Positions 63,292-64,000 of a DNA stretch of 64,000 nt are shown here, piece after piece. Made by a program: the position numbers and the translations under genes. Position 1 is the first letter of the stretch. Every line of letters starts with the position of its first letter. The stretch spans positions 21,390-85,389 of the forward strand of contig JAEEQA010000002.1 of the NCBI GenBank assembly GCA_016285085.1, given 5' to 3'. A model generated the notes under the pieces. That model was not told the DNA's origin. It was given only the letters and a program-made list of their open reading frames with translations, and did not search any database. Source of the stretch: Bacteroidales bacterium. Its GTDB lineage: Bacteria > Bacteroidota > Bacteroidia > Bacteroidales > WCHB1-69.

Positions 63292-64000
63292 ATGAAGAAA
63301 CTATTCCTTGTAACAGTATTTGTAATATTGGAATTCTGTCTGTTTGCACAACCAATCCCCATTTCTTTTCAAGGAAGGGATGCCAACAACAATTGGATTC
63401 AACTTAACCGTGTAATGATTACCAATATTACCGAAGGATGGCAGGAGACCATTTATTGGCCTGATACAACTTTGGTTGTGGAGAACGGAACGGGCATTCA
63501 TGATGTAGAGGTGTGCCATAGCGCATCGTTACAATTATCCCAAAACAACCCCAACCCGTTCAACGGTACCACCGACGTTTTGCTGTCAGTAGCGGATGCG
63601 GGTGCACTGACGTTGGAAATCGCGGATGTGAACGGGCGTATTGTCGTTCCCGCAATGGATATATCAACCTTCATACGGTCGAATGATTATTCGCCCCGAC
63701 ATCAATTCCGCATTTCCTTGTCAGTCGCCGGCACATACGTTATGACTGCCCGCCAAAACGGGAAAACATCGTCCATAAAAATGGTGAATAACGGCGGAGA
63801 AAACAGCGATGGCATTGAATACATGGGCATCGTTTCCGCCACACCAAAATCCCACATCCGCGGCAACAGCACCAATCCGTTCCATTTCGGCGATTTGATG
63901 GAATATGTGGGATACGCCACCATTAACGGCAATGAAACCGAAAGCCAGGTAATATCACAAATCCAGGAACATTCAGAAACTATCATATTGCAATTTACAG
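63292..64000 (+). CDS. secreted protein with internal T9SS-CTD-like domain, 5' part only (runs off the right edge); paralog of 52162-53340
   Basis: ATG 63292 with signal peptide MKKLFLVTVFVILEFCLFAQ. Hand translation is open to position 64000, and the ORF is not in the track because no stop lies in the window. Shares YWPDT..L....TGI and LSQNNPNPFNGTT...GTYVMTARQNGKTSSIKMV with the 52162 protein. Confidence 0.65.
   Translation, partial: MKKLFLVTVFVILEFCLFAQPIPISFQGRDANNNWIQLNRVMITNITEGWQETIYWPDTTLVVENGTGIHDVEVCHSASLQLSQNNPNPFNGTTDVLLSVADAGALTLEIADVNGRIVVPAMDISTFIRSNDYSPRHQFRISLSVAGTYVMTARQNGKTSSIKMVNNGGENSDGIEYMGIVSATPKSHIRGNSTNPFHFGDLMEYVGYATINGNETESQVISQIQEHSETIILQFT

Overview
This window looks like a chromosomal segment of a Bacteroidota, probably Bacteroidales-like, organism. 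The evidence is TAnnTTTG -7 promoter boxes in front of about 20 genes, four proteins with type IX secretion (T9SS) C-terminal sorting domains, and typical Bacteroidota housekeeping synteny. About 57 protein genes and 3 tRNAs can be supported. I see no rRNA, CRISPR array, transposase, integrase or obvious phage genes.

Layout:
- 1-6.5 kb: an outer-membrane receptor with a giant secreted partner.
- 7-42 kb: core housekeeping genes, including mutS, ispE, rfbC, folA, thpR, mazG, aroK, ybeY, mnmG, comEC, bamD, rpoZ, coaBC, recN, gmk, nadD and thyA.
- 42.2-53.8 kb: an accessory island of secreted, T9SS-cargo genes (LRR protein, S8 peptidase and small secreted proteins), bounded on the left by a membrane LytTR regulator.
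- 53.8-64 kb: lspA, a dksA-like gene, a CCA-type nucleotidyltransferase, a GAPDH paralog coupled to a 1367-aa orphan dikinase-like protein, and a GAF protein.

The most interesting signals are non-genic or architectural:
1. Three copies of a ~170-bp G-depleted leader module, each ending on the ATG of a secreted-protein gene.
2. Sharp AT-rich/GC-rich composition junctions that fall inside intact ORFs of the island.
3. A GTAGAGACGC...GCGTCTCTAC palindromic repeat family with 8 copies, several embedded in frame in coding sequence.
4. Widespread 7-bp-periodic degenerate tandem arrays that abut or overlap stop and start codons, including a (GGGGACA)n G-quadruplex-type run and a (CTCTTRA)13 array.
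5. A GAPDH-like gene translationally coupled to a PPDK-N-terminal-like enzyme that lacks the PEP/pyruvate domain.
6. Several unusual gene fusions.

All functional calls rest on my reading of the translated ORFs (motif-level recognition). No database search was run.
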